Notes: generated by a model from the letters alone, not told the origin. Counted from the first letter of the stretch, positions 1 through 10,909 are shown. The stretch is 64,000 nucleotides of DNA from Blastocatellia bacterium (GCA_044224215.1 JBGAKX010000003.1:329-64328), one strand, 5' to 3'. Program-made: numbers and translations.

Positions 1-114
1 GGAGTACACGACGGGCGCGGCCGGGGCGGCGGACTTCTGTCCGAACGCCCCGCCGGGAGTCGACGCGATGACCAGCAGGAGGGCAGCCAGCTTTCCGACG
101 AGGGTCCGTGTCAT
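1..114 (-). CDS. Exported protein, N-terminus only (runs off the window edge)
   Basis: ATG at 114 overlaps the lemA stop (TAATG). Reads MTRTLVGKLAALLLVIASTPGGAFGQKS..., a signal-peptide-like start. Confidence 0.6.
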   Translation of the reverse strand, partial: MTRTLVGKLAALLLVIASTPGGAFGQKSAAPAAPVVYS

Positions 115-731
115 TAGCGCGCAGGTGCCGGTGCCGGGGCGGCCGGCTTGTTCAGTTCGACCTTGGGGGCCTCTTGTGCGCCCGGTGCGGACTTGAAGTA
201 CGCGTCCTCGCGCTGAAAGCCGAGCATTCCCGCAAGCAGCACGGTTGGGAACTTGCCGCGCGCCGTGTTGTAGCTCTGGACGGCGGTGTTGTAGTCCTGG
301 CGCGAGACCTTCAACCGATTCTCGGTTCCGGCGATCTCGTCTTGCAGCCGCAGCACGTTTTCGTTCGATTTCAGTTCGGGATACGCCTCGGTGATGCTCA
401 GAAACTGAATGCGCTGAAGGGCCGACGTCAGCTGGTTGTCGGCGTCGATGACTTCGCTGCGGTTGCCGCTCTTGAGCGCCGTCGTCAGGCCCGCGCGTGC
501 GTTGGCGATCGCGCCGAACACGGCCTGCTCCTGCGTAAGCGTGCCCTGAACGGCGCCGACGAGCTGCGGAATCAGGTCGGACCGCCGCTGCAGGTCGGTT
601 TCGACGTTGGCCCACTTGGCGTCGATCGCCTCTTTCTGCGTGTAGAGCGAGTTGTAGCTGCTCACGCAGACACCCCCGATGATCAGGGCAATGGCGACAA
701 TGACGCCGACAATGATCAGTCCCTTTGACAT
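114..731 (-). CDS. lemA: LemA family protein
   Basis: N-terminal TM helix; motifs YN.L, W..V...LQRR.DLIP.LV, EAYPELKSNEN, IAGTENR. Confidence 0.95.
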   Translation of the reverse strand: MSKGLIIVGVIVAIALIIGGVCVSSYNSLYTQKEAIDAKWANVETDLQRRSDLIPQLVGAVQGTLTQEQAVFGAIANARAGLTTALKSGNRSEVIDADNQLTSALQRIQFLSITEAYPELKSNENVLRLQDEIAGTENRLKVSRQDYNTAVQSYNTARGKFPTVLLAGMLGFQREDAYFKSAPGAQEAPKVELNKPAAPAPAPAR

Positions 732-794
732 TGCGTATCTCCTTCGTGCGTGCCGGCCGCGCTCGTCACAGCCGCGGCCACGTGTCCGTCGCCG

Positions 795-1517
795 TCAGGC
801 GTCGGGTATTCGATCGACCGCGTCGATGACGCGCTCGATCTGTTGGACATAGGCGCCGAACGTCGCGTGCGCCTCGGATTCGGAAAGGCTCGAATCGGAC
901 GTGAGCGCCGCAAGGATCGCTTCGAACGGCGCCGGATCGAGCTCGAATGTGCGAATCGCCCCGTAGATCGCCTTCCGGCGCGACGGAGGGCTCGTCTTGC
1001 CCGCGAGCTTGAGCGCAAACCGGAAGAACTTGGCGAACGTCCCGAGCGACGAGACGAGAAGCGCCGTGACGAGCTCGGGCGACTCGGACGCACGCGTGTA
1101 GAGATCGCGCAACCGCACGAGCTTGCCGCGCAGTTCGAACTCGACCTGGTGGCGAAGGTGCGACGTTGCGACCTCGAGCCCGACGAACGGATCCTCGCCG
1201 TGGACGACGCGGCGGTTCTCCATCATGTCGAGAAACTCGATCGGAAAGACGTCCGATGACGCCGCGATCTCGGCCGGCGTGAAGTAGACGGGCGGCGGGT
1301 TGCCGCCTTCGGTCCATTCGTGCAGTGCGCCGCGCGCCATGCGTAGGTCCGCGGGTGTGATGTCCTTCAGAACGACGAGGACGCGCAGACCCGTCACCGC
1401 GCCGAGGTCCGCGTCGGCGACAGCGCCGCCGTAGTGCACGATCGCGACGAGGTTCGCGCCGTGCGCGGCCTGCATCTGCTCGCGGAACTTCACAAATTCG
1501 GTGTCTTGGTCTACCAA
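795..1517 (-). CDS. Nucleotidyltransferase-fold-like protein of the lemA/TPM operon
   Basis: TTG start overlaps the TPM gene stop. Motifs SSDVFPIEFLDM and GEDPF...LRHQVEFELRGKL..LR are typical of this conserved family. Confidence 0.75.
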   Translation of the reverse strand: MVDQDTEFVKFREQMQAAHGANLVAIVHYGGAVADADLGAVTGLRVLVVLKDITPADLRMARGALHEWTEGGNPPPVYFTPAEIAASSDVFPIEFLDMMENRRVVHGEDPFVGLEVATSHLRHQVEFELRGKLVRLRDLYTRASESPELVTALLVSSLGTFAKFFRFALKLAGKTSPPSRRKAIYGAIRTFELDPAPFEAILAALTSDSSLSESEAHATFGAYVQQIERVIDAVDRIPDA

Positions 1518-2326
1518 CTGTCGCTTGCGCCTCCCCCGCCAAAGTCGCCGCCGCCGCCGAATCCGCCCCAGTCGCTCCCGCCGCCGCCTCCACCGCCCCA
1601 CGAGCTGCCTGACGATCCACCGCCCCAGCCGCCCATCGGAATGAAGAACGGGCCGCCGAACCGTCGCCGGCGTCCGCCCCGTCCGCCTCCCTGGTTCGAC
1701 TTGATGATAGCGATGACGACAAAGAGTACGAACACGAGAACGAACAGCGCCACCAGTTTTTCGCTGGCGGAGGATGTTCCCTGGGAGCGTTCGACGACGG
1801 CCCGCTTCTGATCGATACCTTCGATCGAGATGCCCTTCTTGGCCGCGATCGTCGCGAGCACCGATTCGAGCGTGACAGAGAGGCCGCCACCGTAATCTCC
1901 GCCGGCAAAGTAGGGCCGAGCCGAGCGAAGGATCGAACCGGCGACGCCGTCGGTGATTTCGTCTTCGAGGTGGCGGCTGACTTCGATGTCCGACTTGCGA
2001 TCGTTGGGGGCGAGAAGGATCAGGACGCCTTCGGCTTCCTGGCCGCCGCCGATTCCCCACGTGCGGCCGATCTGGAGGCCGACGTCGCGGATGTCACGTC
2101 CGTCGAGCGACGCGACGGTGACGACGGCGACATCGATGTTGGTCGCGGCGCGGAAGTTCCGCGACATCGTCTCCATGCGGTCGCGGTTCTTGGCGTCCAC
2201 GACGTTGGCAAAGTCGTTGACGAATCCGGTCGGCGCGGCGGGAATCCTGAACTGGGCGGCTGCGATGGCCGCGAGCGCGAGAGTGACCCCGAGCACAAGC
2301 GCGCTGCGATTCACGATGCGGAGCAC
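1511..2326 (-). CDS. TPM domain (YgcG-like) membrane protein
   Basis: Signal peptide, FVNDFANVV, VAVVTV.SL, WGIG, TM helix and Gly-rich tail ending GGGDFGGGGASDSW. Start GTG 2326 (alternative 2314). Confidence 0.9.
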   Translation of the reverse strand: MLRIVNRSALVLGVTLALAAIAAAQFRIPAAPTGFVNDFANVVDAKNRDRMETMSRNFRAATNIDVAVVTVASLDGRDIRDVGLQIGRTWGIGGGQEAEGVLILLAPNDRKSDIEVSRHLEDEITDGVAGSILRSARPYFAGGDYGGGLSVTLESVLATIAAKKGISIEGIDQKRAVVERSQGTSSASEKLVALFVLVFVLFVVIAIIKSNQGGGRGGRRRRFGGPFFIPMGGWGGGSSGSSWGGGGGGGSDWGGFGGGGDFGGGGASDSW

Positions 2327-2385
2327 ATTGTGAGCATACCATTGCTGCGAGTGGCGCGGGTCGCTCCACGCCGCCCAGTCGCGCG

Positions 2386-2615
2386 AGCCGGCGAAGCCGG
2401 CGTCTCTCTCGATAGCCCCGGGTGAAGCGAGCGCGCGCGCGAGCGAACCCGGGGACGACTCTCGAAATCGCGCGAGCCCGCGCAGCCGGCGGCTCATCGC
2501 GCAAGAGCCGCCCGCTTACGCGGGCTCGGCCCGGTTTTCGGACTGTCACCCACGGTTCCGGTCGCGCTGCTCCCTCCACCGTGGGCTCGTTGCCGAGTCG
2601 CCCGCTGCGCGGGCT
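2386..2615. repeat. Composite palindromic REP/REPIN-like intergenic element
   Basis: Mirror-arranged hairpins AGCCGGCGAAGCCGGCG, CCCCGGG...CCCGGGG, AGCCCGCGCAGCCGGCGGC / GCCGCCCGCTTACGCGGGCT, CCCACGG...CCGTGGG, GTCGCCCGCTGCGCGGGCT. Confidence 0.7.
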
Positions 2616-2634
2616 GACGGCAGGGCGACCTTGC

Positions 2635-3381
2635 TTAATGCAGATGCAACGCCGACAGCCCGAGGTCGATCAGGTAATAAAGCGCGACGCCGAGAAACAC
2701 CACGACCGCCGTACGATGCCCCTCGCGCAGATTGACCTCGGGGATGAGATCAGACGCCGCGACATACAACGTCACCCCCGCCGAGAACGGCAGTGTGTAC
2801 GGCGCGATGTTCGCCGCCGAGACCACCGTCGCCACGCCGAGCAGGGTGGCTGCGCCGATGAGCACCGTCGCCTTCCTCGCGGCGGCAGGTCCGCGGCCCG
2901 ACGCGAGAACGATCGACGCGACGGTGAAGCCCTCGGGGAGCTTGTGGAGCAGGATCGCCAGAAAGACGAGCAGTCCGAGCTTGAAATCGACGACAAAGCC
3001 CGACCCGATCGAGATGCCGTCAAAGAACGTGTGGATCGCGAGCGCGCCGACGGCCGTGTAGGCCACGCGCGAGTCGAGCATCTCCTCGTGCGTCTCTTCG
3101 CCGAAGTGGAAGTGCGGGGCCACCGTGTGTTCGACCAACTGTACGAGCAGGTAACCGCACAGCAACAGGACCCAAGGCGTTCGCGAACCGCCCGGCCAGA
3201 GCTCGAGCGCCTCGGGCATGACCTCGACGAACACGGCCGCGAGCATGAAACCGGCCCCGAGTGCCACCAGGAGGTGGATCCCGAGCTTGTTCAGGCCTTT
3301 GCGGGATGTGAGCCACAGTCCGCCCGCAACGTTGGCGGCGGCAGCTATGAGGCCGAACGCGAGAATTGTGGCGATCCGCAT
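2635..3381 (-). CDS. ZIP family divalent metal transporter
   Basis: Multiple TM helices; [15 protein letters not shown] loop, [23 protein letters not shown]. Confidence 0.92.
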   Translation of the reverse strand: MRIATILAFGLIAAAANVAGGLWLTSRKGLNKLGIHLLVALGAGFMLAAVFVEVMPEALELWPGGSRTPWVLLLCGYLLVQLVEHTVAPHFHFGEETHEEMLDSRVAYTAVGALAIHTFFDGISIGSGFVVDFKLGLLVFLAILLHKLPEGFTVASIVLASGRGPAAARKATVLIGAATLLGVATVVSAANIAPYTLPFSAGVTLYVAASDLIPEVNLREGHRTAVVVFLGVALYYLIDLGLSALHLH

Positions 3382-3587
3382 GTAACTCGAGATCCCGTCG
3401 GAAAGGGCGCCATCTTACCATACGGGGTGTTTTGGGCATGAATTTTCATGGTCGCCGGTCGCGGAGCGCAAGAATATGTTAATATTGGCAGCTAGTTACG
3501 TCTCGCCATGAATGTACGACGTGAAGAAAACCTCCGCAGATCACTCACCATGGCGGGGATAACTCATGTCGGCTCAAAAATTTCCGC

Positions 3588-3616
3588 TTGACACCCCCTC
3601 CCCCCAGCAGTAAAGT
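3588..3616 (+). promoter_or_regulatory. Sigma70 promoter of the dcw cluster
   Basis: TTGACA (3588-3593), 17-nt spacer, TAAAGT (3611-3616). Confidence 0.8.
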
Positions 3617-3625
3617 CTCCCCCAC

Positions 3626-3650
3626 GTGGAGCAAAGTGGAGAAAAGTGGA
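3626..3650 (+). promoter_or_regulatory. MraZ operator (three GTGGA direct repeats)
   Basis: GTGGA at 3626, 3636 and 3646 (10-bp period) just downstream of the promoter, matching known MraZ-binding GTGG repeats. Confidence 0.85.
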
Positions 3651-3729
3651 TTCTCGGTAGCGATCACCGTTCGAACAATCGAACATCGGAATTTGGCGCG
3701 AATCAGCACCTCTCCCGCCCGGAATCGTC

Positions 3730-4176
3730 ATGCTTCGTGGGAATTACACAGCACGGGTGGATGCAAAGGGGCGACTCAAGGTCCCGTCGGGATATCTGCG
3801 GGACATCGAGAAACGCTGGGGTCGCGAGGTCTATGTCACGAGTCTGACCGGTGATTGCGCAAGGATCTATCCGCTTCCCGAGTGGGGATCCATCGAAGAG
3901 CGGCTTGCACTGCTGCCCTCCCTGGATCCGGCGAAGCGAAAGTTTTTGGACCGAACGAACTACTACGGGCAGGTAGGCGAACTCGACGGGCAGGGGCGGG
4001 TGGTCATCCACCCGCTTCTGAGGTCCTCCGCCGAACTCCTTCCGGACACGGGTGTTGCGGTCCTCGGCTATTTGACATATCTGGAAGTCTGGTGCCTGGA
4101 TCGGTTCAAGGCGCGTCTCGCCGCTGAACCGTTTACCGATGATGACGCGGCCGCGCTCGCGCGGCTCGGCATCTAG
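3730..4176 (+). CDS. mraZ: Division/cell wall cluster transcriptional repressor MraZ
   Basis: Two DxxGR motifs (DAKGRL, DGQGRV); first gene of dcw. Confidence 0.95.
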   Translation: MLRGNYTARVDAKGRLKVPSGYLRDIEKRWGREVYVTSLTGDCARIYPLPEWGSIEERLALLPSLDPAKRKFLDRTNYYGQVGELDGQGRVVIHPLLRSSAELLPDTGVAVLGYLTYLEVWCLDRFKARLAAEPFTDDDAAALARLGI

Positions 4177-4178
4177 CG

Positions 4179-5117
4179 GTGTCCGCTGCCGGGAGGCACA
4201 CGCCGGTTCTCACCGGCGAGGTCCTCACGGCACTCGCGCCCGAGCGCGGAGGCCTCTTCATCGATTGCACGCTGGGAATGGGCGGGCATTCGGAGGCTCT
4301 TCTGCAGGCGAACGAGGGGGTTCGCGTCCTCGGGATCGACCGCGACGCCGAGAGTATCGCGCTCGCAACGGAGCGGCTGGCTCAATTCGGAGAACGGTTT
4401 ACGGCCGTGCACGCCGACTACCGGGAGATCGGGACGCTCGTGGAGGCTCGGGGGGAGCCGGCGGCGGGGGTACTCGCGGATTTCGGAATCTCGAGCTATC
4501 AGCTCGACGAAGCCGACCGCGGATTCGCCTTCGCGCACGACGCGCCGCTCGACATGAGGATGGACAGGTCGCAGGGGGTGACTGCGGCCGACCTCGTGAA
4601 CTCGCTCCCGGACGCTGAGCTCGCCGATATCATTTATAGATACGGCGAGGAGCGGGCGTCACGGCGGATCGCTCGGGCGATCTGCCGTGCGAGGGAGCGC
4701 GGGCCGATCCGCACGACGCGCGAACTGGCAGAGATCGTCGCCCGCGCAAGCGGCATCCCGCGCCACAAACAGCGCATCCATCCCGCCACCAGGACTTTCC
4801 AGGCACTGAGGATCGCGGTCAACGACGAGCTGTCGGGCCTCGACCGGTTCCTCGGCGACGCGGTGGACGCCCTCGCAAGCCCGGGCGGCCGAATCGCGGT
4901 GATCTCCTTTCATTCGCTCGAAGATCGAATCGTCAAGCAGACATTCAACGCTCTTTCAGGTCAATGCTCCTGTCCTCCGGGTCTTCCCATCTGCGCTTGC
5001 GGCGCACGGAAGATCGTTCGGGTCCTGACACGTCGTCCCGTCACGGCCTCGGAGCAGGAGACAGACACAAACCCTCGCGCACGAAGCGCAAAACTGCGGG
5101 CCGCGGAACGCCTCTAG
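4179..5117 (+). CDS. rsmH: 16S rRNA m4C1402 methyltransferase
   Basis: [57 protein letters not shown]. Confidence 0.97.
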   Translation: MSAAGRHTPVLTGEVLTALAPERGGLFIDCTLGMGGHSEALLQANEGVRVLGIDRDAESIALATERLAQFGERFTAVHADYREIGTLVEARGEPAAGVLADFGISSYQLDEADRGFAFAHDAPLDMRMDRSQGVTAADLVNSLPDAELADIIYRYGEERASRRIARAICRARERGPIRTTRELAEIVARASGIPRHKQRIHPATRTFQALRIAVNDELSGLDRFLGDAVDALASPGGRIAVISFHSLEDRIVKQTFNALSGQCSCPPGLPICACGARKIVRVLTRRPVTASEQETDTNPRARSAKLRAAERL

Positions 5118-5246
5118 CCAGAACGTCGCACCACGGCCCTGATTCGCAGATTGAACTCATCGGCGTCCTCGGCACGGCCGCGAGACGCCTCGATACGATC
5201 CACGAGCTTGCACGCGGCCCCCGGCCAGAGGGGAGGCATTCAGCGC

Positions 5247-5780
5247 ATGGCAGAGCAGTACTACTACAACAAGCGAATCCACAACGCCCCGATCCGGCGC
5301 CGGCTCGACCGCCGTTTCGTGTCGTGGGTGATGATCGCGGCGTGCATCGGCGCGGTGATCGCATCGGGCTTTGTCTTCAGCGCGAAGTGCCACTTTGAGG
5401 CCGTAGCGCTGGGGTACCTGACCCAGCAGCAACGGACCGCGCTCGACGAGCAGACCGAGCGGCGCCGTCAGCTCGAGCTCGAGCGGGCACGTGCTCTCGC
5501 GCCCGAGGAGCTCGAACAGCGCGCGCGCCGCGTCGGACTTCGCAATCCGGAGCCTCTCGTGCCGCAGGCCGAGAGCGCGGCGAATGGAGGCCGTCCGGCT
5601 GCCGCGACGTCAAACGGCGCCGCCGCGAGCGCGCGCCGTGCGCCCAAGTCCGACCCGGCCGACGCCGACACCGTGCGCGTTTCCGATCCCGCGGCGGATC
5701 CGTCCGCGCCCGCGACGCGCCCCGCAGCCCAGCCCGCGGCGACGGACTCGACCGGCCTGCGCAAGGCGACACAGTACTGA
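5247..5780 (+). CDS. ftsL: Cell division protein FtsL with long Ala/Pro-rich tail
   Basis: Lies between rsmH and ftsI; single TM followed by a coiled coil; GGAGG upstream of ATG 5247. Confidence 0.75.
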   Translation: MAEQYYYNKRIHNAPIRRRLDRRFVSWVMIAACIGAVIASGFVFSAKCHFEAVALGYLTQQQRTALDEQTERRRQLELERARALAPEELEQRARRVGLRNPEPLVPQAESAANGGRPAAATSNGAAASARRAPKSDPADADTVRVSDPAADPSAPATRPAAQPAATDSTGLRKATQY

Positions 5781-5782
5781 TC

Positions 5783-7792
5783 ATGAAGAAGCGCCACGCA
5801 TCGACACAGGAACGGCTCGCGGTGATCGCCGTGATCCTCGTCCTGTGGATGTGCGGCGTCGGGGCGCGGCTGGTCCACCTGCAGGTCTACCAGCACGGCT
5901 GGCTCGAAGCGCGCGCCATCCGCCAGCAGGAGCGCACGGTCGAAGTAACCGCGACGCGCGGCCGGATCGTCGACCGGCGCGGCCGCGAGCTCGCGCGTTC
6001 CGTCGAGGCGCCATCCGTCTACGCAACGCTCTCGGACATCAAGGATCCAAAGACGGTCGCGCGGCAACTCGCCAAGCTGCTCGGCGTGCCGGAACAGACG
6101 CTCCTCGAACGGCTCACGTGCGATCGCTCGTTCGTGTGTCTCAAGCGCAAGGTCGACAAGCCGATTGCCGACGCGGTGGCGGCGCTCAAGATCGACGGCA
6201 TCGAGTTCGTCCAGGAGATGAAGCGGTTCTACCCCAAGAACGAGCTCGGCTCGCACGTTCTCGGGTTCGTCGGCGCCGACGGCGAAGGCCTGAGCGGCCT
6301 CGAGCAGACCTTTGACGAACAGATGCATGGCCGCGACGGCCGCGCGATTCTCGCAACTGACGCGCGCCAGCAGATCTACGACGCGTCGGAGATCGCTCCG
6401 ACGCCCGGCAACGACATCCAGTTGACGATCGACGAGATCGCGCAATACCGCGTCGAGCAGGCGCTCGCCGAGGGCGTGCGCGCGTCGGGCGCGAACTGGG
6501 GCATCGCCATCGTCATTCGTCCGCAGACGGGCGAGATTCTGGCGCTCGCAAACTATCCGACGTTCGACGCGAACGACTTTGGAAAGGCGGCCGACGACGT
6601 GCGCCGCAACCGGGCGGTCGAAGCAGTGTTCGAACCGGGCTCGGTGTTCAAGATCGTTCCGTACTCGGGCTGCATCGACCGCGGCCTGATCACGCCGTCG
6701 ACGATGATCGACTGCCAGTTCGGGGAGATCAACGTCAACGGCCGCATCGTTCACGACCATCCCTTCGGCACGATGAAGGCGTCTGACGCGCTTGCGCTCA
6801 GCTCCAACGTGGCGGCGATCAAAATGGGGATGAAGCTCGGAAACGCGCAGCTTTACGACTACATCCGCAGCTACGGCTTTGGTGCAAAGACAGGTGTCGA
6901 GGTTCCCGGCGAATCGGCCGGTCTCGTCGAACCGCTCGCCCAGTGGAACCCGACGACGATCGGATCGATCCCGATGGGTCACGAGGTCGGCGTGACAGCG
7001 CTGCAGGAAGTGGCGGCGATGGCGGCACTTGCGAACGGCGGCGTCTGGGTTCGACCTCATCTCGTCCAGCGCATCGTTTCTCCATCCGGTCAGATCATCA
7101 GCGAGACCCAGGCGGATTCACGGCGGGTCGTTTCCACCGAGACAGCTCAGATGATGACCGGCATGCTCGAGGGCGTCGTCGTGCACGGCACAGCCCGACA
7201 CGCAAACCTCGGCAACCTGGGCGCCGCCGGCAAGACCGGCACCGCGCAGAAGATCGACCCGCGCAGCCATCGGTACTCGCAGACAAAGTACACCGCCAGC
7301 TTCTGCGGCTATGCGCCGGCCGAGGCGCCCGAGCTCGCGTGCATCGTCGTTCTCGACGAGCCGCACGCGGGCGGTCACACGGGCGGGGCGACGGCTGCTC
7401 CGATCTTTGGCAAGATCCTCGACGACCTGTTCGGCGACTACGCGATTCCGCTCGAGACGCCACAGACCGGCAGACAGGTCGAGATCGCCGCGGCCCAGGG
7501 CGTGGAGCGCCGTGGCCTCGAGATGGCCGCGGTCGCGCCCGCGGCCCCGCCTCCAGCGCCGGTTCCCGTTCCAGAGGGACCCGAAATCCAGGTCGTCGCC
7601 GCGAACAACGACAAGCGCGGCATCGTCGTGCCGGATCTCGCCGGAAAGGGGCTGCGTTCGGCCACGGCTGCCGGTCTCGACGCGGGGCTGATCGTCGAGG
7701 CGCGCGGATCGGGCGTGGTCCTCAGACAACGTCCCCTCGCGGGGACGGTGGTGTCGCCAGGCACCGTGCTCAGCGTGGAGCTGGGCAGATAG
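5783..7792 (+). CDS. ftsI: Penicillin-binding protein 3 with C-terminal PASTA domain
   Basis: RGRIVDR, EPGSVFK (SxxK), SSN, KTGTAQK; PASTA-like VPDLAG. Confidence 0.95.
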   Translation: MKKRHASTQERLAVIAVILVLWMCGVGARLVHLQVYQHGWLEARAIRQQERTVEVTATRGRIVDRRGRELARSVEAPSVYATLSDIKDPKTVARQLAKLLGVPEQTLLERLTCDRSFVCLKRKVDKPIADAVAALKIDGIEFVQEMKRFYPKNELGSHVLGFVGADGEGLSGLEQTFDEQMHGRDGRAILATDARQQIYDASEIAPTPGNDIQLTIDEIAQYRVEQALAEGVRASGANWGIAIVIRPQTGEILALANYPTFDANDFGKAADDVRRNRAVEAVFEPGSVFKIVPYSGCIDRGLITPSTMIDCQFGEINVNGRIVHDHPFGTMKASDALALSSNVAAIKMGMKLGNAQLYDYIRSYGFGAKTGVEVPGESAGLVEPLAQWNPTTIGSIPMGHEVGVTALQEVAAMAALANGGVWVRPHLVQRIVSPSGQIISETQADSRRVVSTETAQMMTGMLEGVVVHGTARHANLGNLGAAGKTGTAQKIDPRSHRYSQTKYTASFCGYAPAEAPELACIVVLDEPHAGGHTGGATAAPIFGKILDDLFGDYAIPLETPQTGRQVEIAAAQGVERRGLEMAAVAPAAPPPAPVPVPEGPEIQVVAANNDKRGIVVPDLAGKGLRSATAAGLDAGLIVEARGSGVVLRQRPLAGTVVSPGTVLSVELGR

Positions 7793-8011
7793 ATCTTTTG
7801 AATTACGCGACCGGGAGCGCCGTGACGGGCGACCGGTTCGCAACAAGATACTGCGCGGATCGAGGGGCGGCCTCATGTTCGCTCACGTCCGTAACCCCGA
7901 AGCTGAGGGGCCGCGTCCGATCCGCGCAGTCGATTTCGAGAGCCAGGGCCAGAGTCGGGGCCACCGTCAGTGCCACACAATCAGTGTTGGCGATTCCCAG
8001 GGAGCAAGAAC

Positions 8012-9496
8012 ATGGTGACGCTGCATCAGATTTCCGCCGGGCTTCGTGCCGACGCGTCGGGAGATCTCGCAGCGATCGCCATCGACGTGACCCACGATTC
8101 GCGCCGCGTCGGCACCGGCTCGCTGTTCGTCGCCGTGACGGGGCTTCGCCACGACGGCAACACGTTTGTCAGTGACGCGATGGCCGCGGGAGCGGTCGGC
8201 GTCGTCTCGGAACAGCCGCGGCCCGAGAACTTCAAGGGCGCGTGGCTGCAGGTCTCCGATGCGCGTCGGGCATTGCCCCGTGCGGCGGCGATCGTCTTTG
8301 GACGTCCGTCGGAGTGGCTGCGTCTCGTCGGCGTCACGGGAACGAATGGAAAGACGACGACGGCGTATCTCGTCGACCGGATCATCCGCGAGGAAGAGGG
8401 CACCTCGGCGCTGCTCGGCACCGTGGCCTACCGCGTCGGTCGAAAGACCGTCAAGGCGGAGCGCACGACGCCGGAAGCCGCCGACATCCAGCGCATCCTG
8501 CGCTCGGCGGTCAACGAAGGCTGCTACTCGGCGGTGATGGAGGTCTCGTCGCACGCCATCGAGCTCGGCCGCGTCGACGGGTTGCGGTTCGAGGTCGCGG
8601 TCTTCACCAACCTCACGCAGGACCATCTCGACTACCACGGCACGATGGAGGAGTACTTCGCGGCCAAGCGGAAGTTTTTCGAGGGAACGGTCTGTCCGTG
8701 CCCGCGCTGGGCCGTCGTCAACGCCGACGACGCGTACGGGCAACGGCTTGCGAACGAGCATGAGGGCCCCATCCTGCGATTCGGCACATCGCGGATGTCG
8801 GACGTTCGTGCCGAGAAATTCGAGTTGTCGCTCGACGGATTGCGCATGGACGTCGCGACGCCGATCGGCCCGCTCGAGATTCGGTCGCCGCTCGTCGGCC
8901 GTCCGTACGTCTACAACATCCTCGCCGCGACGAGCGCCGCGCTCTCGCTCGGGTTTTCGACCGAGACGATCGCTCGCGCGCTGCGCAACTGCGCCGGTGC
9001 GCCCGGCAGGTTCGAGCGCATCGCGCACACGGGCGGGTTTGCCGTCGTCGTCGACTACGCGCACTCGGACGACGCGCTCACAAAGGTGCTCGAGACCGCG
9101 CGTGAGCTCACCGAGGGCCGAGTGATCACGCTCTTTGGCTGCGGCGGCGATCGTGACCGGACAAAGCGCGCGCCGATGGGCAAGGCGGCCGGCGCCGGCA
9201 GCGACATCGCGATCCTCACGTCGGACAATCCGCGCTCCGAGGATCCGCTGCAGATCATCGCCGACGCAGAAGTCGGTCTGAAGTCGGCCGGTGCGATGTA
9301 CGAAACCATCCCTGACCGCCGCGAAGCCATTCACCGCGCGATCGCGATCGCCGTGCCCGGCGACGTCGTGGTCATCGCCGGCAAGGGGCACGAGGATTAC
9401 CAGATCTTCGCCGACCGGACGATCCATTTCGACGACCGCGAGGTCGCGCGCGAGGCGCTCGACGCGCGCGGGCTCGGCGTCGGAGCGCTCAAGTGA
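8012..9496 (+). CDS. murE: UDP-MurNAc-Ala-Glu:meso-DAP ligase
   Basis: GVTGTNGKTT, MEVSSH, DHLDYH, DYAH, DNPR (DAP-type), AGKGHE. Confidence 0.96.
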   Translation: MVTLHQISAGLRADASGDLAAIAIDVTHDSRRVGTGSLFVAVTGLRHDGNTFVSDAMAAGAVGVVSEQPRPENFKGAWLQVSDARRALPRAAAIVFGRPSEWLRLVGVTGTNGKTTTAYLVDRIIREEEGTSALLGTVAYRVGRKTVKAERTTPEAADIQRILRSAVNEGCYSAVMEVSSHAIELGRVDGLRFEVAVFTNLTQDHLDYHGTMEEYFAAKRKFFEGTVCPCPRWAVVNADDAYGQRLANEHEGPILRFGTSRMSDVRAEKFELSLDGLRMDVATPIGPLEIRSPLVGRPYVYNILAATSAALSLGFSTETIARALRNCAGAPGRFERIAHTGGFAVVVDYAHSDDALTKVLETARELTEGRVITLFGCGGDRDRTKRAPMGKAAGAGSDIAILTSDNPRSEDPLQIIADAEVGLKSAGAMYETIPDRREAIHRAIAIAVPGDVVVIAGKGHEDYQIFADRTIHFDDREVAREALDARGLGVGALK

Positions 9497-10905
9497 ACGT
9501 CGCCGAGGCGTCGCGCCGAATCGGGGCCGGCGACCCTGCGCGCGCAATCGCCGACACCGAGATCGCCGGGTACAGCATCGACTCGCGCACCACGCGCGAG
9601 CGCGACCTGTTCTTTGCGGTGACGGGTGAGCGCCACGACGGGCACCAGTTTGCGGGGGCGGCGCTCGAACGCGGCGCCGTCGCCGTCGTCGTCGGCCACA
9701 CGGTCGAGGGCATAGACGCGGATCGGCAGATCGTCGTGCCGGATCCTCTCCGCGCGCTGCAGGAGCTTGCGCGCAGCGTACTCCGCGCGTGGGGCGGGCC
9801 GGTCGTCGCCGTCACGGGCAGTGCCGGCAAGACGACGACCAAGGACCTGACGGCGCGCGTGCTGTCCGCCGCCGGGCCGACGCACAAGTCGGTCGGAAAC
9901 CTGAACAACGCGTTCGGCCTCCCAAAATCAGTGCTCGAGATGGAGACCGATGGCCGAACCGCGTCGCAGTATCGTTACTGCGTGCTCGAGATGGGCATGA
10001 GCACGCCGGGCGAGATTCGCCGCCTGACGGAGCTCGCGCCGCCGAGCGTCGGCGTGATCACGATCGTCGCTCCCGTACATACCGAGTTCTTTGAGGACGG
10101 CGTCGAGGGCGTCGCGCGCGCCAAGGCCGAGCTCGTCGAGGGGATCAAGCCGGGCGGTTCCGCGGTGCTGAACGCCGACGACGAGCGCGTGGCACGGATG
10201 GCCACGCTGCGCGACGATATCGGCGTCGTGCGATTCGGTCTCGACGCCGAAGCGGAAGTCACCGCCCGCGACATCGAACCCGAAGGGCTTGGCGGCTCGC
10301 GATTCGAGCTGGTGACGCCGACCGGATCGGCTCCGGTGACGTTGCCGCTCGTCGGTCGCCACAACGTGATGAATGCGCTCGCAGCGGCGGGCGCCGCGGT
10401 GGCGCTCGGGCTCGACACCGGCATGGTCGCCGATGCGCTGTCGAACGCAGAGCCGTCGCGGATGCGCGGCCAGGTCGTGCGGCTCGCGAACGGCGCCACG
10501 ATCATCGACGACTCGTACAACTCGAGCCCACGCGCGCTCGACGCGATGGTCGCGACGCTCGCGGCAATTCCCGCGGCCGTCCGCAGGATCGTGGTCGCCG
10601 GCGAGATGCTCGAGCTCGGGAGCAATTCGGCAGAGATGCACCGTGACGCAGGCAAGGCGATCGCCGCGGCGGGAATCGACATGCTGATCGGAGTTCGAGG
10701 GGATTCGCGAATGATGGTCGAAGGGGCGAGCGAGGCAGGGATGGGCGAGTCGGCCGTCTTTGTCGAGACGCCCGAGGCGGCGGCCGAACTGGTCGCACGG
10801 ACAGTCGGTGCTGGCGACGTCGTGCTCGTCAAGGGATCGCGCGGGGTCGCTACGGATCGCGCGGTCGCCGCGCTCGTCGAAAGGTTTGGCGCCGGGGGCA
10901 GCTGA
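9493..10905 (+). CDS. murF: UDP-MurNAc-tripeptide:D-Ala-D-Ala ligase
   Basis: [36 protein letters not shown]. Confidence 0.96.
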   Translation: MNVAEASRRIGAGDPARAIADTEIAGYSIDSRTTRERDLFFAVTGERHDGHQFAGAALERGAVAVVVGHTVEGIDADRQIVVPDPLRALQELARSVLRAWGGPVVAVTGSAGKTTTKDLTARVLSAAGPTHKSVGNLNNAFGLPKSVLEMETDGRTASQYRYCVLEMGMSTPGEIRRLTELAPPSVGVITIVAPVHTEFFEDGVEGVARAKAELVEGIKPGGSAVLNADDERVARMATLRDDIGVVRFGLDAEAEVTARDIEPEGLGGSRFELVTPTGSAPVTLPLVGRHNVMNALAAAGAAVALGLDTGMVADALSNAEPSRMRGQVVRLANGATIIDDSYNSSPRALDAMVATLAAIPAAVRRIVVAGEMLELGSNSAEMHRDAGKAIAAAGIDMLIGVRGDSRMMVEGASEAGMGESAVFVETPEAAAELVARTVGAGDVVLVKGSRGVATDRAVAALVERFGAGGS

Positions 10906-10909
10906 ACGC

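Noticed and set aside
3420-3730. RNase P RNA or a riboswitch upstream of mraZ
   Set aside because: No GAGGAAAGTCC or other recognisable motif. The region is explained by divergent promoters and the MraZ boxes.
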